Source: Octopus sinensis
Taxonomy: Eukaryota
Length of the DNA: 64,000 nucleotides
Assembly (NCBI RefSeq): GCF_006345805.1
Contig: NC_043018.1
Location: 2,728,001-2,792,000, forward strand
Reading direction: 5' to 3'
Position numbers and translations under genes: made by a program. The notes under the pieces were generated by a model that saw only the letters and a list, made by a program, of their open reading frames with translations, did not search any database and had not been told where the DNA came from. This document shows, in pieces, positions 39,560 through 53,933 of the stretch (within the stretch, counting starts at the first letter, position 1; the number at the start of each line of letters is the position of its first letter).

Positions 39560-40170
39560 TTTTTACCTATATGGATTTATTACATTTTGCAAAAGCTTGA
39601 AATCATACAAATAAAAGAGATGATTTCTATTTTTATCAAAAAATAGCCATATTGTACATCATCAAGCAATCTCGAAAGAGGTATTATGACCACACAATCG
39701 ACGAGTGGAGAGTCACCCTGAAAAATGCCACATGAAATTCTTACGTATTCAGCATTGAAACATATATTGTTACTATTCAAAATCATTGTGGTTTTTCATG
39801 ATCTCATACTTACAGATTAGAAGTTTTACAGAGTAGAACTATTTTGTAAATTTTCAAACATTTCTTAATTCAGCTATGCGGTAGACTATCAAAGGCTATT
39901 TTTATAGTCTATCCAGGCTATTGATAAGATCTTTCGTCGTTTGTGACAATCTTCCCAAATCATCTTACTAATGAGTAGCTGATCTTTACAACCATAGAAC
40001 CCACCACATCCTCTTTGCTCATTAAGGTAGATGCGACTTTCTATTAAAAAGTATACAAGTGTATTCAATCAAGACAGATGTGAATATTTTGCAAGCAGGT
40101 TATTGGGCTATAATTTTTTGTTTCATTTGTTTCTTCGTTTTTCGGAACTATTAGAAATGTAATACCATTA
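39560..40170 (-). mobile_element. R4/Dong-like LINE RT fragment
   Basis: Minus-strand ETKNYSPITCLQN, WIDYK..FDS and GIFQGDSPL motifs. Confidence 0.8.
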
Positions 40171-40184
40171 TCTAACCTAGAGTA

Positions 40185-40674
40185 TACTTATAATAACTAC
40201 CTGTCTAATAAGGGTACACCAGGCACATGCATCACAACCATATGTGCGCGACATGGTGATCTAATATCAAGACAAACAGCACATGACCTTGCAGGTGGGC
40301 CCAGTTAGAATTTTCGTCTGGTCGAGTAGCCCATCCGCTCAAAAGGTCCCTCAATAAGGATTGTTTAAGGATATCGAACGAAACACCCATGTTTCCAGAG
40401 GTCAATTATTCAAACCCCAAAGAATCCCTCTCAACACATGGCTATGATGCTCCCTAACTACTTCTGCTCATGATCAGAGATGCACATATCGTCAACCACT
40501 AAGGGACATACACGCTCAACTGGTTAAGGTCAAACAACTGACAAGCAAATCTGTGGTATTGAGCAGAATATGTAGCTTGTCTTCTATACCAAGACAAAAC
40601 AATGTACATGATAACACTTCCAATGAGTTAAGATCAGAAGCCATGATAGCCACTGCCTGGTACTGCATCAGGGC

Positions 40675-40676
<2 letters not shown>
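40185..40676 (-). mobile_element. Second copy of the non-coding 0.5-kb (TAA)n-associated repeat
   Basis: Matches 18665-19128; terminal GCCCTGATGCAGTACCAGGC next to (TAA)n. Confidence 0.75.
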
Positions 40677-40729
<53 letters not shown>

Positions 40730-40764
40730 AGTAGTAGTAGTAGTAGTAGTAGTAAAAGTTGTAA

Positions 40765-40980
40765 CAAAGCGAACTGGCTGAATTGTCAGCGTGCTGGACG
40801 AAATACTTAGTGGTATTTCACCCGTCGCTACGTTCTGAGTTCAAATCCCACAGGGGTAGACTTTACCTTTCTTCCTTTTGATGTCGACAAAATATGTACC
40901 AACTGAGTACTGGGGTAGATGTAATCGATAATGCCCTCCCCCATATTTCAGGCCTCGTGCCTATAGTAGAAAAGATTATT
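40765..40980 (+). mobile_element. SINE family A copy
   Basis: CGTTCTGAGTTCAAATCCC core and ordinary tail. Confidence 0.8.
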
Positions 40981-41422
40981 ATTATCGTTATGATTGTGAT
41001 GATCATCATTCTCATTATTATTCAAGCCATTATTAGTCAATTAATGTTGTAATTAAGTAAATGTGGTTCAACACGACTGAACAAGATCAACAAGAATAAT
41101 GAGAGCATTTGCTTGATGAGTTCACGAATGGTGACAGAGGGTTTCTGACAAATCAACTCATTGATTGATCGAATTATTTATCAATCAATCATTTTGAAAA
41201 CAGGTTAATTAAATTGTTTTTGCTAATAATATGAAAAAATCAATTGTGTTTTTATAAATGATTATAAATTTGTTTTCGAATACTTGCCTGTAGAAATGAG
41301 CCTGTGTCCGTTTGCGTTCGCGGGTTTCTGTGAGGGCGTGCGTATGTGTACTTAAGTGAGTAAAGGCCTGTGTATTTATGTGAGCGGGGTAGTGTTTGTG
41401 TATGTGTGTGTGTGTGTGTGTG

Positions 41423-41455
<33 letters not shown>

Positions 41456-41929
41456 GGTTTCCTATCTATATTTAAAGCTACTCTTTGCGATTCAGCCGTT
41501 GAAGATCGATAACAAAAAGGAAAAAAGAAAAATAGTAGACGAACCACTAGGTTTTCCATAAACATCTAAAGCTGTTTCAACCAGGCACAGTCGTGAGTGC
41601 AACGAATAAAACCATTAAAAATATTATGATTTATTGAAATACATATATTTACACATTTATGAATGGCTTTAAATATATTTGTTATATTGCAATCTATATA
41701 TTTTTATAATATGTGATAAAAATGTGTTGAAAGCATCGATTTATGATTTATTAATAATAATAATTATTTTTTTGGTTAAATACGAAGAGAAACTATGTCA
41801 CATGGTGGATATTGATCTTTGAGATAGTTCCGTCGTCAGGTTTGTTGACAACAGAAACAAAATATATTGATCTGATTATTGGTGTCATCGATTCAATACT
41901 ACATTTTATTATTATTAAATCAAATACAG

Positions 41930-42330
41930 CGTCGCGAGCAGTTAGTATACGAACAAAAGTGTTAGCGGAATTTCGTCTCTGTTTACCTTCTGCGTTCAAA
42001 ATCCACCGAAGTTGAATTTGCCTCTTATCATGTTGGGGAGCAATACGGGCTGAGGTAATCATTTTAAACATTCCCTCGAAATTGCTGGCCTGGTACAAGA
42101 CAATGAATACTAAATCAAATAAGGCAGTGAGAAACATTAGCACGGCGGATGGAATGCGTAGCAGGATTTTGTCCGTCTTTACGTTCCGATTTCAAATTCC
42201 ACTGAGGTCAATTTTACATTCCTTCATTTCGGTGGTCGATAAAATATTTAACAGTTTAGCACTTCGGTTAATGTAATCGACATTCCTCTCTCATAAACAT
42301 TCTAGCCTTGTGCCAAAATATGAAATCATT
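41930..42330 (+). mobile_element. Two tandem decayed SINE family A copies
   Basis: Two GTTCAAA/TTTCAAATTCCAC.GAGGT cores with tails. Confidence 0.7.
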
Positions 42331-42419
42331 ATTACAGAAGTAATTTAAGCAGCGATCTCAAATAATCGTTCACACGCAAGAAAAATGCCTAGCGCTATTA
42401 AATCTGCCTCCACGATCTT

Positions 42420-42917
42420 ATCGCAAATTCTGCCGCATTGCTGACTTGTGAAGATTTGTCGAGCGATTATTGTCACGTGTAGGACGGACCCGGCTATCGT
42501 CGAAGTCCATTGTGAACATCGACTCGCCTCCTTCGAATGGCCGGGAAGGGAGGACAAGTTCTCTCTGTCTAGTAGCTATGCCACAAGAGGTTGTTCGCTG
42601 GAAGGGATTGAAAGTTTTGAAGACAGGTACCTTCCTGTTTGGCCAAGACATCATTACATTTTTCAAGTCGAATATGAAAAGCAAAGTGAAGTTAGAGAGG
42701 TTTTGTCAGCCAGTAATTTCGCTAAAAGGTGGGTGACTGTATCAAGAATGGCTCGCGTGAATGGGCCTACTTTAAGTGTGCATCTTTAACCTGGATGGAA
42801 GAGAGAAAAGAAGGTGCCTTCCTGAGGAACCGTTGATGTTAAGGGGTCCAAAGTGTGTGAGGGCTCTTTAGTCACCTTACGGTGGAGCTCCCACCTACTG
42901 GGGAAGCATATTGTTGA

Positions 42918-42920
<3 letters not shown>
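42420..42920 (+). mobile_element. Decayed Tx1-like LINE 3' end
   Basis: LSRVGR..SIVNI.SPPS..REGR and KRWVTVSRMARVNG.TLS, homologous to the 3698-4504 C-terminus; frameshifted. Confidence 0.85.
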
Positions 42921-42978
<58 letters not shown>

Positions 42979-42997
42979 ATTATTATTATTATTATTA

Positions 42998-44245
42998 TGG
43001 GTTTTTCTTCTTCTTTCAAATTTGCTTCCATTTCTTGCCAAGTGACTTCCCGACTCCTAGGGCAAAGAAACTCATTGTATACATTGGTAGGCCATTAAAC
43101 TAAACTCACTAGTTCGTTCAGTTTTTTTTTTGATAGAAATAAAGTTAAATTAAAATAGATGGGTAGTAATAGTTCTCACATCGACAATGCTCTTCTCAAT
43201 ACGTGTGATGTACCAGTTAAGACAATCTTTTGCACTTCTTGCAGGGATGGTAAGGCAGGGATCATTCTCATATAATTTTCGGTTCCCTTCTTGATCATTC
43301 CTAGTGCTCCTACGATCACTGGTATTGTAACCGCCTTGAGATGCCACATTTTCTCAATTTCAATGAGAAAGTCTTTATATTTTCTGAGCTTGTCAAATTC
43401 TTTCGCCGAGATATTATGATCACAGGGGATGCTCATGTCGATCAATAAGCAAACTTTATTGTTTTGGTCTTTCACAACAATATCCGGTTTATTGGCTTTG
43501 ATGGTTCGGTCTGTATGTACTGGAAAGTCCCACAGAATCGCTACATTTTCCCCTTCAGTTACAGCTTCAGGGTGGTGATTATACAACTTGTCGGCAGTTT
43601 TGATATTGTAATGCCGACTTATTAGCCAGTGTAGATATTGGCCAACTCTGTCATGTCTTAATTTATACTCCACTGGGGCTAAGACTTTACATCCAGAGAT
43701 TAGGTGGTCCTTTGTTTCAATCATGTCGTTGCAGAATCGGCATTTTGGGTCTGCTCCATTTTCATTACATTGGCCTGGTAGTTCCGGGTTAATAGGCTTT
43801 GATCTTGAGCAGCCAGGATGAAACCTTCGCTCTCTGCTTTTAGCCCTGAGCTCCGTAGCCACTGATGGGTTTGCTTCTGGTCAACATCGGCTTGTTTGAT
43901 GCGGGCCACATATTTGCGGTGTAGAGGTTTCTCCTCCCACCTATCAGCCAATTGCTCGTGCGCTTTTTTCATTGCCATTATTTTCACTTTCTTTGCAACA
44001 ATAGTTGCCGTACTTCCCTCGGGTTGTTCAGTTTGGGTATCCTGCACGAGATCAATAGCAAATTTTTTGCTTTCCTTTATGATAGAATGAAGCTTCTTTC
44101 GTCTCTCGTGATTTTCCATGAGCTTTAGCATCCAGTCATTCGTTATTTCAAGATATTTGGCCAGTCCAATTGTGGTTGTTTTGTAAGCTAGTTCAAATTG
44201 GATCAGGCCTCGACCTCCTTGGGCTCTGGGGAGGTAAAGGCGATC
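42998..44245 (-). mobile_element. 5'-truncated R4/Dong-like LINE (restriction-like endonuclease), flanked by (TAA)n on both sides
   Basis: LYLPRAQGGRGL..AAQDQ..CRFC..HLISGC..RHD..KPDIVV..IDMSIP..K..KY (CCHC + PD-D/ExK endonuclease); one frameshift near 43770. Confidence 0.92.
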
Positions 44246-44256
44246 TATTATTATTG

Positions 44257-44365
<109 letters not shown>

Positions 44366-44379
44366 AATCATCATCATCA

Positions 44380-44570
44380 AGGAAGTGAGCTGGTAAAATC
44401 CTTAGCACGCGGGGCGGAAAGCTTAGCATTATCTCAAATTACACTGAGGTCGGCTTTGCCTTTCATCGTTTCTATAAATTAAATACCATTTGAACACTGG
44501 AGTCGATATAATCGGATAGTTCCCTCCCCAAAAAATTTCAGGCCTTGTGCCTTTAGAAAAACCGGATTAT
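44380..44570 (+). mobile_element. SINE family A copy (internally deleted)
   Basis: GAGGTCGGCTTTGCCTTTCATC core and tail. Confidence 0.7.
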
Positions 44571-45959
44571 TGTTATCATTACCAATGTCTCCATCACCAA
44601 TTTTACTGTTGCACATGTAATGCACACGGTGGTGTTAATGATACATAATAATGAAATACAAAATGGAATAAAAACATGTAACCTTATCGTAGCAATCATT
44701 TTGCTTATTTTCTAGTTAATAATAGGAATTGCGTTGAAAACTGAAGCCTGTTTAAGCTAATAAAACACACGGAAAACTGGCAATCGCTTACATCTACATT
44801 TTCAACTATAATTTTTTTCTTATTATACCATCTACTTTGCAATCTAACGGATTACGTTGGCGTCGCTCATTTGAAAGTCAATTTAAGTAAATTTACAGTT
44901 ACGATGGAAGATAACCTATTATAGAAAATCTTATTTTACTTGAAACATGTCTTAAAATATTACGTCATCTTCGAAATTATGTGGAGTCTTTCTACTTAAA
45001 GGTAAAAGAAACAAATACAGAAAAAATACATGGTGGCTATTTTTTTTAACCGGGTAATTATGTGCAATAGATGCACAGCATGGTTCAAAAGCCTGACACT
45101 CTTTAAGTTCATGAATGTTTCAAGGCAGGATTGTTAAATGTTAATATGTAAATACCATTTAGTAATTTGAACAAAAACGTGCGGACTGCACCAATTGCAT
45201 GTTTTACAATAGCATGTTATATTGACGATTAGCTTTGAATAGCTAATCTGTAGCAGTAGGATAGGAGCAGATGGAAGCTAATTGTTAGATTTCACAATCA
45301 ATAATATTTCAGTAATTCGCTATGAGATTCTTTACAATAAGTTCTATATAATCGTAATTGAACTGATTACCTTCGTCTGGCGTCTATAAAACAGAAAATA
45401 TATAATAATTGTTTCTAGTGCTAAGATTCATAAACCCCAGAAATGTCCCTCTGGGGGATCTCCTACTAGTTTATGATTAAAAATGAGTCCTACTCAAAGG
45501 TATACCGTTTCAATAATCCTGATAATAATGTTGATGGCGTTTTTACATTCGCAACTGTTGAGACAACGCAAAAGTGATGCCTTTAAAACTACAATAAATA
45601 ATGAAGCCGTTGACAGTTTCATTGATTTAGAAATTTTATTTTCAACTCTTTATCATATTAATGTGGAATCGCTTAATTACTTTATTTCCATAATCGCCAT
45701 AGTTTCTTCGACACAAAGAATTAACTCGTGTTTCCATATGTAATTTTAACATTAAAGATAATACAAGACCACAAATGTTTTACCTATTTGTACCTGAAAT
45801 TCGCTGTTTTCTATTAATGCCGCGGCCTGAACTCAAAGCCAATAACCATGATCTGCTTTCTTACCTTGTTATTTCATTGTTTGGGACAAAAGTCCCATAT
45901 TTTAAACGATTAATGGGCAATAGATCTTTATTAGAATAACACACCTTCTAATGCCTCCT

Positions 45960-46176
45960 AAATAACAACTACCCTTGGATATATCTGAGTTCCTTCCTTT
46001 CTTCCTTCCTTCATTCCATCCTTCCTTCCTTCCTTCCTTACTTTTACTTTCTTTTACTTCCTTATTCCCAAATAACAACTACCCTTGGATATATCTGAGT
46101 TCCTTCCTTTCTTCCTTCCTTCATTCCATCCTTCCTTCCTTCCTTCCTTACTTTTACTTACTTTTACTTCCTTATT
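45960..46176. repeat. Tandem duplication, 110-bp period
   Basis: AATAACAACTACCCTTGGATATATCTGAGTTCC.. at 45961 and 46071. Confidence 0.9.
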
Positions 46177-46682
46177 TTACTTTCTGAAAGACTTTGATGA
46201 AACTATGAATATTATTTTTTGGTTTTTTACATTTTCTTAAGTCGTAAGGACTCGATTTTATAATTCGGCTCCAGTTTTTACAATAGAACACTCGTGTTTT
46301 GAATTAGGTGTCCCTATTGCACTTGGCATTTTATTACATTCCAAGTAGACATATTCTTGGTCACATTTTTCCGGTGCCGTCTTATAACAATTTTATCATT
46401 TTCTTAGCAGTATTTCTTTATCAATTCATTGAGTGCTATTTTCCTCCAAAACCAACAATAACATTGGTCTCAATACGTCACATGCTATTAGAGCAATATC
46501 ATAAATCTAAATCCGTAAATTACCTATAGGCATTAAAGAAAGGGGTCAACTGCGCAACAAATTCATTTATTTGATAGGTGAAGGCTTAAAACAAACGGAT
46601 GCAATTGTCATCATATAAAACAAGTTAGAAAATGTATATATTTCATAGAATTCGTTAGACAACACAGGATCTTCAGCATGTC

Positions 46683-46683
<1 letters not shown>

Positions 46684-46713
<30 letters not shown>

Positions 46714-47085
46714 CTTCTTCTTCTTCTTCTTTTCTTCTTCTTCTTCTTCTTCTTCTTTTCTTCTTCTTCTTCTTCTTCGTCGTCGTCGTCGTCGTCGTCT
46801 TCTTCTTCTCCTTCTTCTTCGTCTTCTTCTTCTTCTTCTTCTCCTTCTTTTTCTTCTTCTTCTTCTTCTCCTTCTTTCCTCCTCCTCCTTCTGCTTCTTC
46901 TTCTTCTTTTCCTCCTTTTTTTTCTTTTCTTCTTCTTCTTTTTGTTCTTCTTTTCCTTCTTCTCCCCCTCCTACTTTCGCTTCTTCTCACTTCTCCTTCT
47001 TCTTCTTCTTCTTCTTCTTCTCCCCTCCTACTTTCGCTTCTTTCTTCTTCTTCTTCTTCTTCTTCTTCTTCTTCTTCTTCTTCTT
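46684..47085. repeat. (CTT)n compound microsatellite
   Basis: Direct reading. Confidence 0.95.
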
Positions 47086-47490
47086 GACAAGAATATATTA
47101 GTGATACGTAAATGTATCGCTGATCCTCGACTAGTATCGCCTATGAGCGGCGATTCTTGTATTTCGACATCTAATAATTATAATAACAGAATAGCATGAT
47201 TATTTCCTAAATAGTATTTTGAGATTAAAAATGGCATACACAATTTCCCAAGATTTACTCATAAAGTTATCAGTGTTAATCATCTAAATAAAAAAAAGGT
47301 GCTTCTTTTGCTGAAGTGATTATATGTGGAACAATTATAGAGAGAAATAGCATGGTGTAGATGTTATTAAAGCCGTGAAGAATAGCGGTATATTTTAAAT
47401 TCAGTTAAGCATACTTATAACATCCAATCTATCAAATTCTGGAATGCAAAATTCTTTAAGGTAACTGAAATTGAGAAGTATTAAAATCTA

Positions 47491-47548
<58 letters not shown>

Positions 47549-47638
47549 AATAATAATATTATTATTATTATTATATTTATTATTATTATTATAATATTAT
47601 TATTATTTTTATTATTATTATTATTAATAATAATAATA

Positions 47639-47674
<36 letters not shown>

Positions 47675-47689
47675 CGATGATGATCTTGA

Positions 47690-48835
47690 AACATCAAACA
47701 ACTGGATGCTAAGACTCGTTGAAAACCACGAGAGGTGTGAGAAAATTCATTTTGTTGTGAAAGAGGGCAACAAATTTGCTAGTGAGTTCATGCATACAGC
47801 ATGATGGAAATACAGCAACTGTATTTTCAACGAAGATGAAATCAATGGTAAAGCAAAATGCGTTTAAACACTTAACTGATAGGTGGGAACAAAAACCTAT
47901 CTGTGGCAATTTTCTGGCCCGTAACAAACCAGCTGATGTAGACCAGAAGCTACGGAGCTCAGGGCTAAATGTAGAGAGTGTGGAATGACGTCAGCAGCTG
48001 GACGTCAGCAGCCGGGTGCGTTGACCGGAAGCTGGGGCAACCGGAAGGGGTCAGCCGTCAGGCGTGCGCAGGGAGCGGGGAATTGCGCCCTTTTTCCAAC
48101 GTGGGTCGTGCAGGTGACAAGACGTGTGAGGACGTCGCTAAGGGTTTGGGCTAGCAGCTGCTATCGTTAGTGTTCGGGTCGGGGCTGTGTGGAAGGACTA
48201 GTCACCACTGGAGGGTCTCCGTCACTAAGAAGAGAAGGCAGGTGCCTCTATATTCAAATCGCGCACTACAGAGAGTAAAGGGTTCATCTTGACTTCTCAA
48301 GAATAGAACATATTGACCTGGAATTATCAAGCCAAAGTTATGAAATGGAGTAGATCCTGTGCTGATACTGCAAGTATTGGATTAAAACAATGAACTACTT
48401 AATCTCTCGGTGTTCGTTTTTAGCATCTCAGGCGTAAAAAGCAAGACATGACTGTGTTGGCCAATACATACTTTAGATAATGTGTCTGCATTATAAAATC
48501 TTCTGACAAATGGCACGAGAACCACTCTGAGGCTGTAACTGGGGGAGAAAATATAACGATTCGTTGGGACTTTCCAGTAAGTACAGGCCGGATCATCAAA
48601 GCAAATAAACAGATATTGTCGTGAAAACCAAAACAATAAAGTCTGTTTATTGATTGGTATGAGCATACCCTGTGATCACAATATCTCCGCAAAAGCATTC
48701 GATCAGCTCAGGAAATATAAAGATTTGCTAATCGAAATCTCAAGACAGTTACAATGCCCGTGGTTGTAGAGGAACTCGGGATGGCCAAATAAGGAACTGA
48801 AATTTTAAAAAGTATTTGAAGAGCATTGTCGCTGT
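47690..48835 (+). mobile_element. Decayed R4/Dong-like LINE 3' part, interrupted by a solo LTR
   Basis: Homologous to 43176-44150 (WMLRLVENHER..DRWEQKP..LRSSGL..WDFPV..IIKANK.DIVVK); follows (TAA)n. Confidence 0.85.
47979..48270. mobile_element. Solo LTR (292 bp)
   Basis: TGTGG...CTACA termini; 5-bp TSD GAGAG (47974-47978 / 48271-48275); GC-rich; the LINE sequence rejoins across it. Confidence 0.85.
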
Positions 48836-49029
48836 GTATTTTCTTGTCTGTTTCGATCTTCACTTTCTTTGTATATTTTTTATTCTTATATCACACTTAT
48901 AATTGGCTAAGAAAATTTTCCTTTTTCTGGTTGTCTCTCTCCCTTTTTTCTCTGTCACATGACTTCGTAAATGAATAATCTGGTGTGTATACTTCAAACG
49001 ATGTAAACTAGGCTGGGGATTTTTAGCGA

Positions 49030-49745
49030 AGGTGTTACGTCCGGCAGGTGTCCCGTGGGACAGCAGCGCAGGACCGGTTACATTTAAGATGCTGAACCTC
49101 AACAACGAATGAGAACAACAAATTGTTGGTTGAATGTAATATAAGGAGTAAGCCAAAGAGAAGAGGTTGTAGGAAAATGTTATTAGAAATCTGGAAAAAA
49201 TATATCATCAGTATGAAGAGCCGAATGAACACAGATTGGCTGAACGGATTTAACACATTAAGAGCAAAATATGGTAAGAGAAGAAGGACGAGAAGAAAAC
49301 AATAATGGACGGGAGAAAGGAACTGCAATGGACTGCTGATCCAGAAGACGTAGATTCAAAACAGGAGCATTCGGAAAGCTTTGACATAGATGTAGGGCAC
49401 CTATGATATATATATGGGACTTTAGTGTATCTCCCTGTAGAAAGTCTCCCCACCGCCAAAAAAAAAACCAAACAAAAAAGATAAGTCTAGAATTAGCTTC
49501 TATCTGCAACAGAATTCCGGAAGTAGTGTTACTTGATGAAAGGAAAAGTTTACCATCACCGAAGTCACGCGATAGAGCAAAGATCAGGACACAGGAAAGC
49601 GAATGATGTTGGAAAAATTCAATTTAAGGACACCACTGCATCATATTCCTTGATGTATGATACTGTTCATGTATTTAAAGAGAAGATGGGAATATTTAGA
49701 GAAAAGAAGGTGCAAAGAAAGAAAGAACTGTCAGCAAGCTACTTA
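49030..49745 (+). mobile_element. R4/Dong-like LINE N-terminal ORF remnant
   Basis: ECNIRSKPKRRGCRKMLLEIW resembles the N-terminal ECY..S.P..RGY..RM..IW motif of this clade; multiple stops. Confidence 0.55.
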
Positions 49746-49794
49746 CAGTTCCCTGGTAGAAACAACCTTGCAGCAGCGTTTGTAGTTTAGGGTA

Positions 49795-50145
49795 TAAATC
49801 CATCAAAATCTTGTACCAAACCCCTTAACTAAATATGCACAGGCTACTTTCCAGTTTCTCATTTTACCAACCCTAGCTTCAATACGCTTCACCGTGATGA
49901 CACTGTCCTCCAGTATATTCATTCGTTTTAATTCTTTTTCCACTTCTTGGAACAACGGTGCCCAGCTGTTCTGTTTGACATTCTGCATCCAGATCTTGCT
50001 CCAAAACGAAGTTACTTCTTTGAGGTCGGGAAACTCTGTTTCTTCCTTATCTCCCCCATCCAGATTCTCCTGGAACAGCTCCTGATTTGTTCTAGACATT
50101 TTATTTTATTTAAACTGTTGATATCTTCCGTCGTATCTTTTGACC
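49795..50145 (-). mobile_element. R4/Dong-like LINE pre-RT fragment
   Basis: NQELFQENL..PDLKEVTSFWSKIW..KMRNWKVA. Confidence 0.7.
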
Positions 50146-51439
50146 CTAACTACCCTTATCCGTATCCTTCTCTGTTGACGAGATTAACTACTCATTAGCG
50201 AATCATTTTTCAATTGAACCGCAAGGTTTATACCTTCGGGAAATAAGAAACATTAAAGACATCTTAATTGCAAATCTGTTTTAACTGTTAATTGATCAAG
50301 AAGCTGTTTCTCTTAACAAAAAGCGTTCATGAAAGGTTAGAAATAAATGCTGAGAATTAGAATTGTCTACCTACACTTAAGATATATCCGAGAACATAAA
50401 GCTTTATTGCTCACCCTGTCAACTGATGTTTTCTTCATTCTTCATATATTTCTGTTTCGCAAATTCTGGAATATACTTGCAATCAACATACCAAATATAT
50501 TCCTCACAGTGCAACTCAAAATTTTGCCTTTCAGCAATGATATTTTAAGATAATCTATTGGGCGTCATATAAAGGCTTTCCAAATTAATACATGGTATTC
50601 ATCGTCCGAAAAATTTAACTGTTACGTTTATAGACTCATAGGAGTCACGTCAACAGGAAAAAATGTTTTGGTTGTTATTCATGAATATTCAAAATTTACG
50701 CTTGCAAATTAATTCATATGTATTCTAGGAATAACAATGTAATAACATTGTTACTCTGTTATTAGTAACATGCAACGAAGATTCACAGGGTGGACCAAAA
50801 GACCAATTCATCTATGTTCGTTATTAAATTTACGGTACCTTAGCACCATATGCACAATGTATATATATATGCTACGGGTAAAAATATTACAGTTTGTAAT
50901 GTACAGGCAAAAATGTAATTAGAACAAATGTATTGAATTTTCAGACCACTTTATGACTACCCTGTATTTGCTGGTAGTGAAAGATCAGACCACTTCTACA
51001 ACTGCTATGGTATGGAATTATTACATACAGTTCAACCTAACATTGGATATGTCTTCTAGTCATGGCCTGCACTATATTAGTCATTGCTTGTATATTTCTT
51101 CATTCCAAAGCAACCGACGCCGAATGGTAGATTGGTTTGCTACATACTGATATCATATATGCCAGTGCCATGTATTTGGGGGATTGAGAGCAGTCTATGG
51201 ACAATCTCTTCATTCCAAGGCCCCATGCATTTAACGTTATTGTTTTCTGTATATATGATAATTACTGTCGGTCGTTAAAGCTATCACTGTGTGTGTCTAT
51301 TTCTGTTCTCCCTCCCGCTTAATCATTGTTGGCCGATCTTTCCACGGGAAATAATCTTGCGTTTACCTGCAGTGGGGTCTGTAAGTATTTTTACGTAAAA
51401 CTGGATATGATTTTCGTGAGCTACACCTTCTACACAGGC

Positions 51440-51810
51440 TGAAGCCACGTGGCATACGTTCCTCGTATTAGGCTGGGTCTACGCGCAATATGCCCCTACA
51501 GAATTTGGGTTCGCAATAGGATAAATTCACTGCAAAACAATGTCTTTTCCTCGAAAAGCTCTTCTCTATTTAACATCATCACAAAACAAATCAAAGAAAA
51601 AGATCCAATCACATTGAAACGAAACCTAGATAATTTCTTCAAGGGATACAAGATAAGCCATCTATACCTGGATAGCCACCAATACCTGGATGCATCTTAG
51701 TCAACAAATCCCTACTTGAATGGGCCATAATACCACAAAACCTTACATACAAATGACTTAACAGATCCTATCAAGTGGTGCTATTTAGTTAGACGTGGCC
51801 TGGACCAGTC
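51440..51810 (+). mobile_element. CR1/L2-type LINE 3' end
   Basis: SLFNII.KQIKE..ITLKRNLD.F remnant; 3' motif shared with 31410-31440. Confidence 0.6.
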
Positions 51811-52648
51811 TCCATTTCGGATATTTAGATTGTAGGGTGTACAGTGTGATTTACAATATAACGAACCCACCCGATCAATATTGGAGAAGGGTAGAATTTG
51901 TTAGCCAATTATAAGTGTGATATAAAGATATTGACAATGCAAATGACTGCGCTTGATATAACCTTGCAAAACTCGGATGATAACAATTATTACAGATTAT
52001 CGGCAGGTCTACATTTAAAACAATTAAATAGTTGGCATTAACAACACAGTCTAGCGTCTAGTCATGTCGCCCGGCTGACTAACGACTGTTACTCTGCCAT
52101 CGTGTATGTATCCTTACTGTAAATGAGACGAAACCATTATTATCATACGTATGTGCGTGTGTGCGTGTATGTGTATGCACATATAACTATGTACCTATAT
52201 ATGTTACAAGTACATTTTACGGTGGTGATAATTTCGCTCAGTCTCGAAGTAGTAAAAGAATCATGGCGTTGTCTGATGAGGCAGTATTTGGGCGGGAGAG
52301 GTCCTCACTGTGCAAAATATCATTACCAGTTGCTAATAATATGTTACGTTGGAGTTGAAGTATTTTTCTCTTTCCAGTGATAACACAGAGCAAGAGTTAC
52401 GCAGACAATACAAGATTTTGCCGTAGATATAAAGATAAAATAGCGATATTATACTTCTTACAAACTTAGAATCATATAAGAGACTGGCGAAAATATATAG
52501 ATAACAAATAAATATAAATGCGACATTTTAGCTCTGTAGTTGCTGCTGGCGTTCAGAAGGTGTTTTTTTCTCTTTCCATTTATCCCGCCGTATAAACGTA
52601 TACATGTATACGCGTGTGTGTGCAGACATATGTGTGTATATGTATACG

Positions 52649-52761
<113 letters not shown>

Positions 52762-52784
52762 TAGATAGATAGATAGATAGATAG

Positions 52785-52833
<49 letters not shown>

Positions 52834-53933
52834 TAATACATAGACAGATGCATAGATACATACATACATATGTATATATGTTACAATTTATGTATCTTTC
52901 CGGACATTATTTGTCAATGATCAGGAGAGAAGAAAGAAGCGGTAGGGAGGTAAGCTGCCAACCTTTTCATGAACTGTTATTTGTCTGGTAAATCGCTTAT
53001 GAAATCTATAAACAGAATAGACGCAGGTCATCAGAAGCATTTTGTTTTATAAGTAATTTATTTCGTTTCCTTTATTTAACGTCACGTCTGTTTTAGAGTT
53101 ATATCAGAATTTTATATTTTAGTCTTCGAATCTTTAGACCTATGCGCATTGTATTTACACGTAACTGCAATGGAATAGTAACCGCCCAATAGCATACAAT
53201 ATTAAGCTTTACGTCCCAAAATCTTCATTAAAGAATACGGTTGGCCATTCGTCTCCAGGCGTACGGGTTTACTCATATTTGTATAAGCGAGGTTGCGTTT
53301 ATCATTGTACTTCTACGTTTGAAGAAGACTATGTTTAGAGTGATTAGTAATCGTTTTCCAAGATAAAATAAGGTTTGGGGATGAAGTATTAATTTGTATT
53401 TCCCTTTCAAATCTCTCAGACCAGTGCATAAGATTTTTTTCTTTTAAGAAGTTGCAAGCGGTCGTTCAAAGATTTGAGGACACATGGATGCACATGATAT
53501 TCCAAACAAGCTATATCAGAAATATAGATTTGGAATTCCGGTCTGGTCAATAATTGCAATTCTTTCTACCTGGTTGATTCGAGAGAAAGAAGTAAGCGCT
53601 CAGATATCATATATGTCCTGTAAATTGTTAAATAAAAACGAAGCTTCAACTCCATGTTTTACGCTACGATGAATAGCACCCATATTTCTCTTAAAGTTTT
53701 CATTTTTCTCTTAAAATTTGGGAAATGTATGTCAGATAATGGCGATAGATATGATATGTAAGAAAATTAAAAAGAACTGGCTTTGCCGGAACGGTTTCAT
53801 TGTAGATCTTATTCATCTTACGCTGCCCGGGATTAAGCAACAACACATCACCATCTAATATGTTTGCAATGAACTTAATAATACCATCATCAATTGCAAT
53901 CATTGTGCGTGTTTTTTTTTAATTTATTAAATA

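Noticed and set aside
40320-40676. Possible HDV-like ribozyme or U2 stem-loop IV mimic in the 0.5-kb element
   Set aside because: No P1.1/P3 elements found; the U2 resemblance is only a short loop match.
50945-51009. Candidate 65-nt plus-strand exon (TTTTCAG..GTATGG)
   Set aside because: No recognisable protein and no partner exons; such signals arise by chance.
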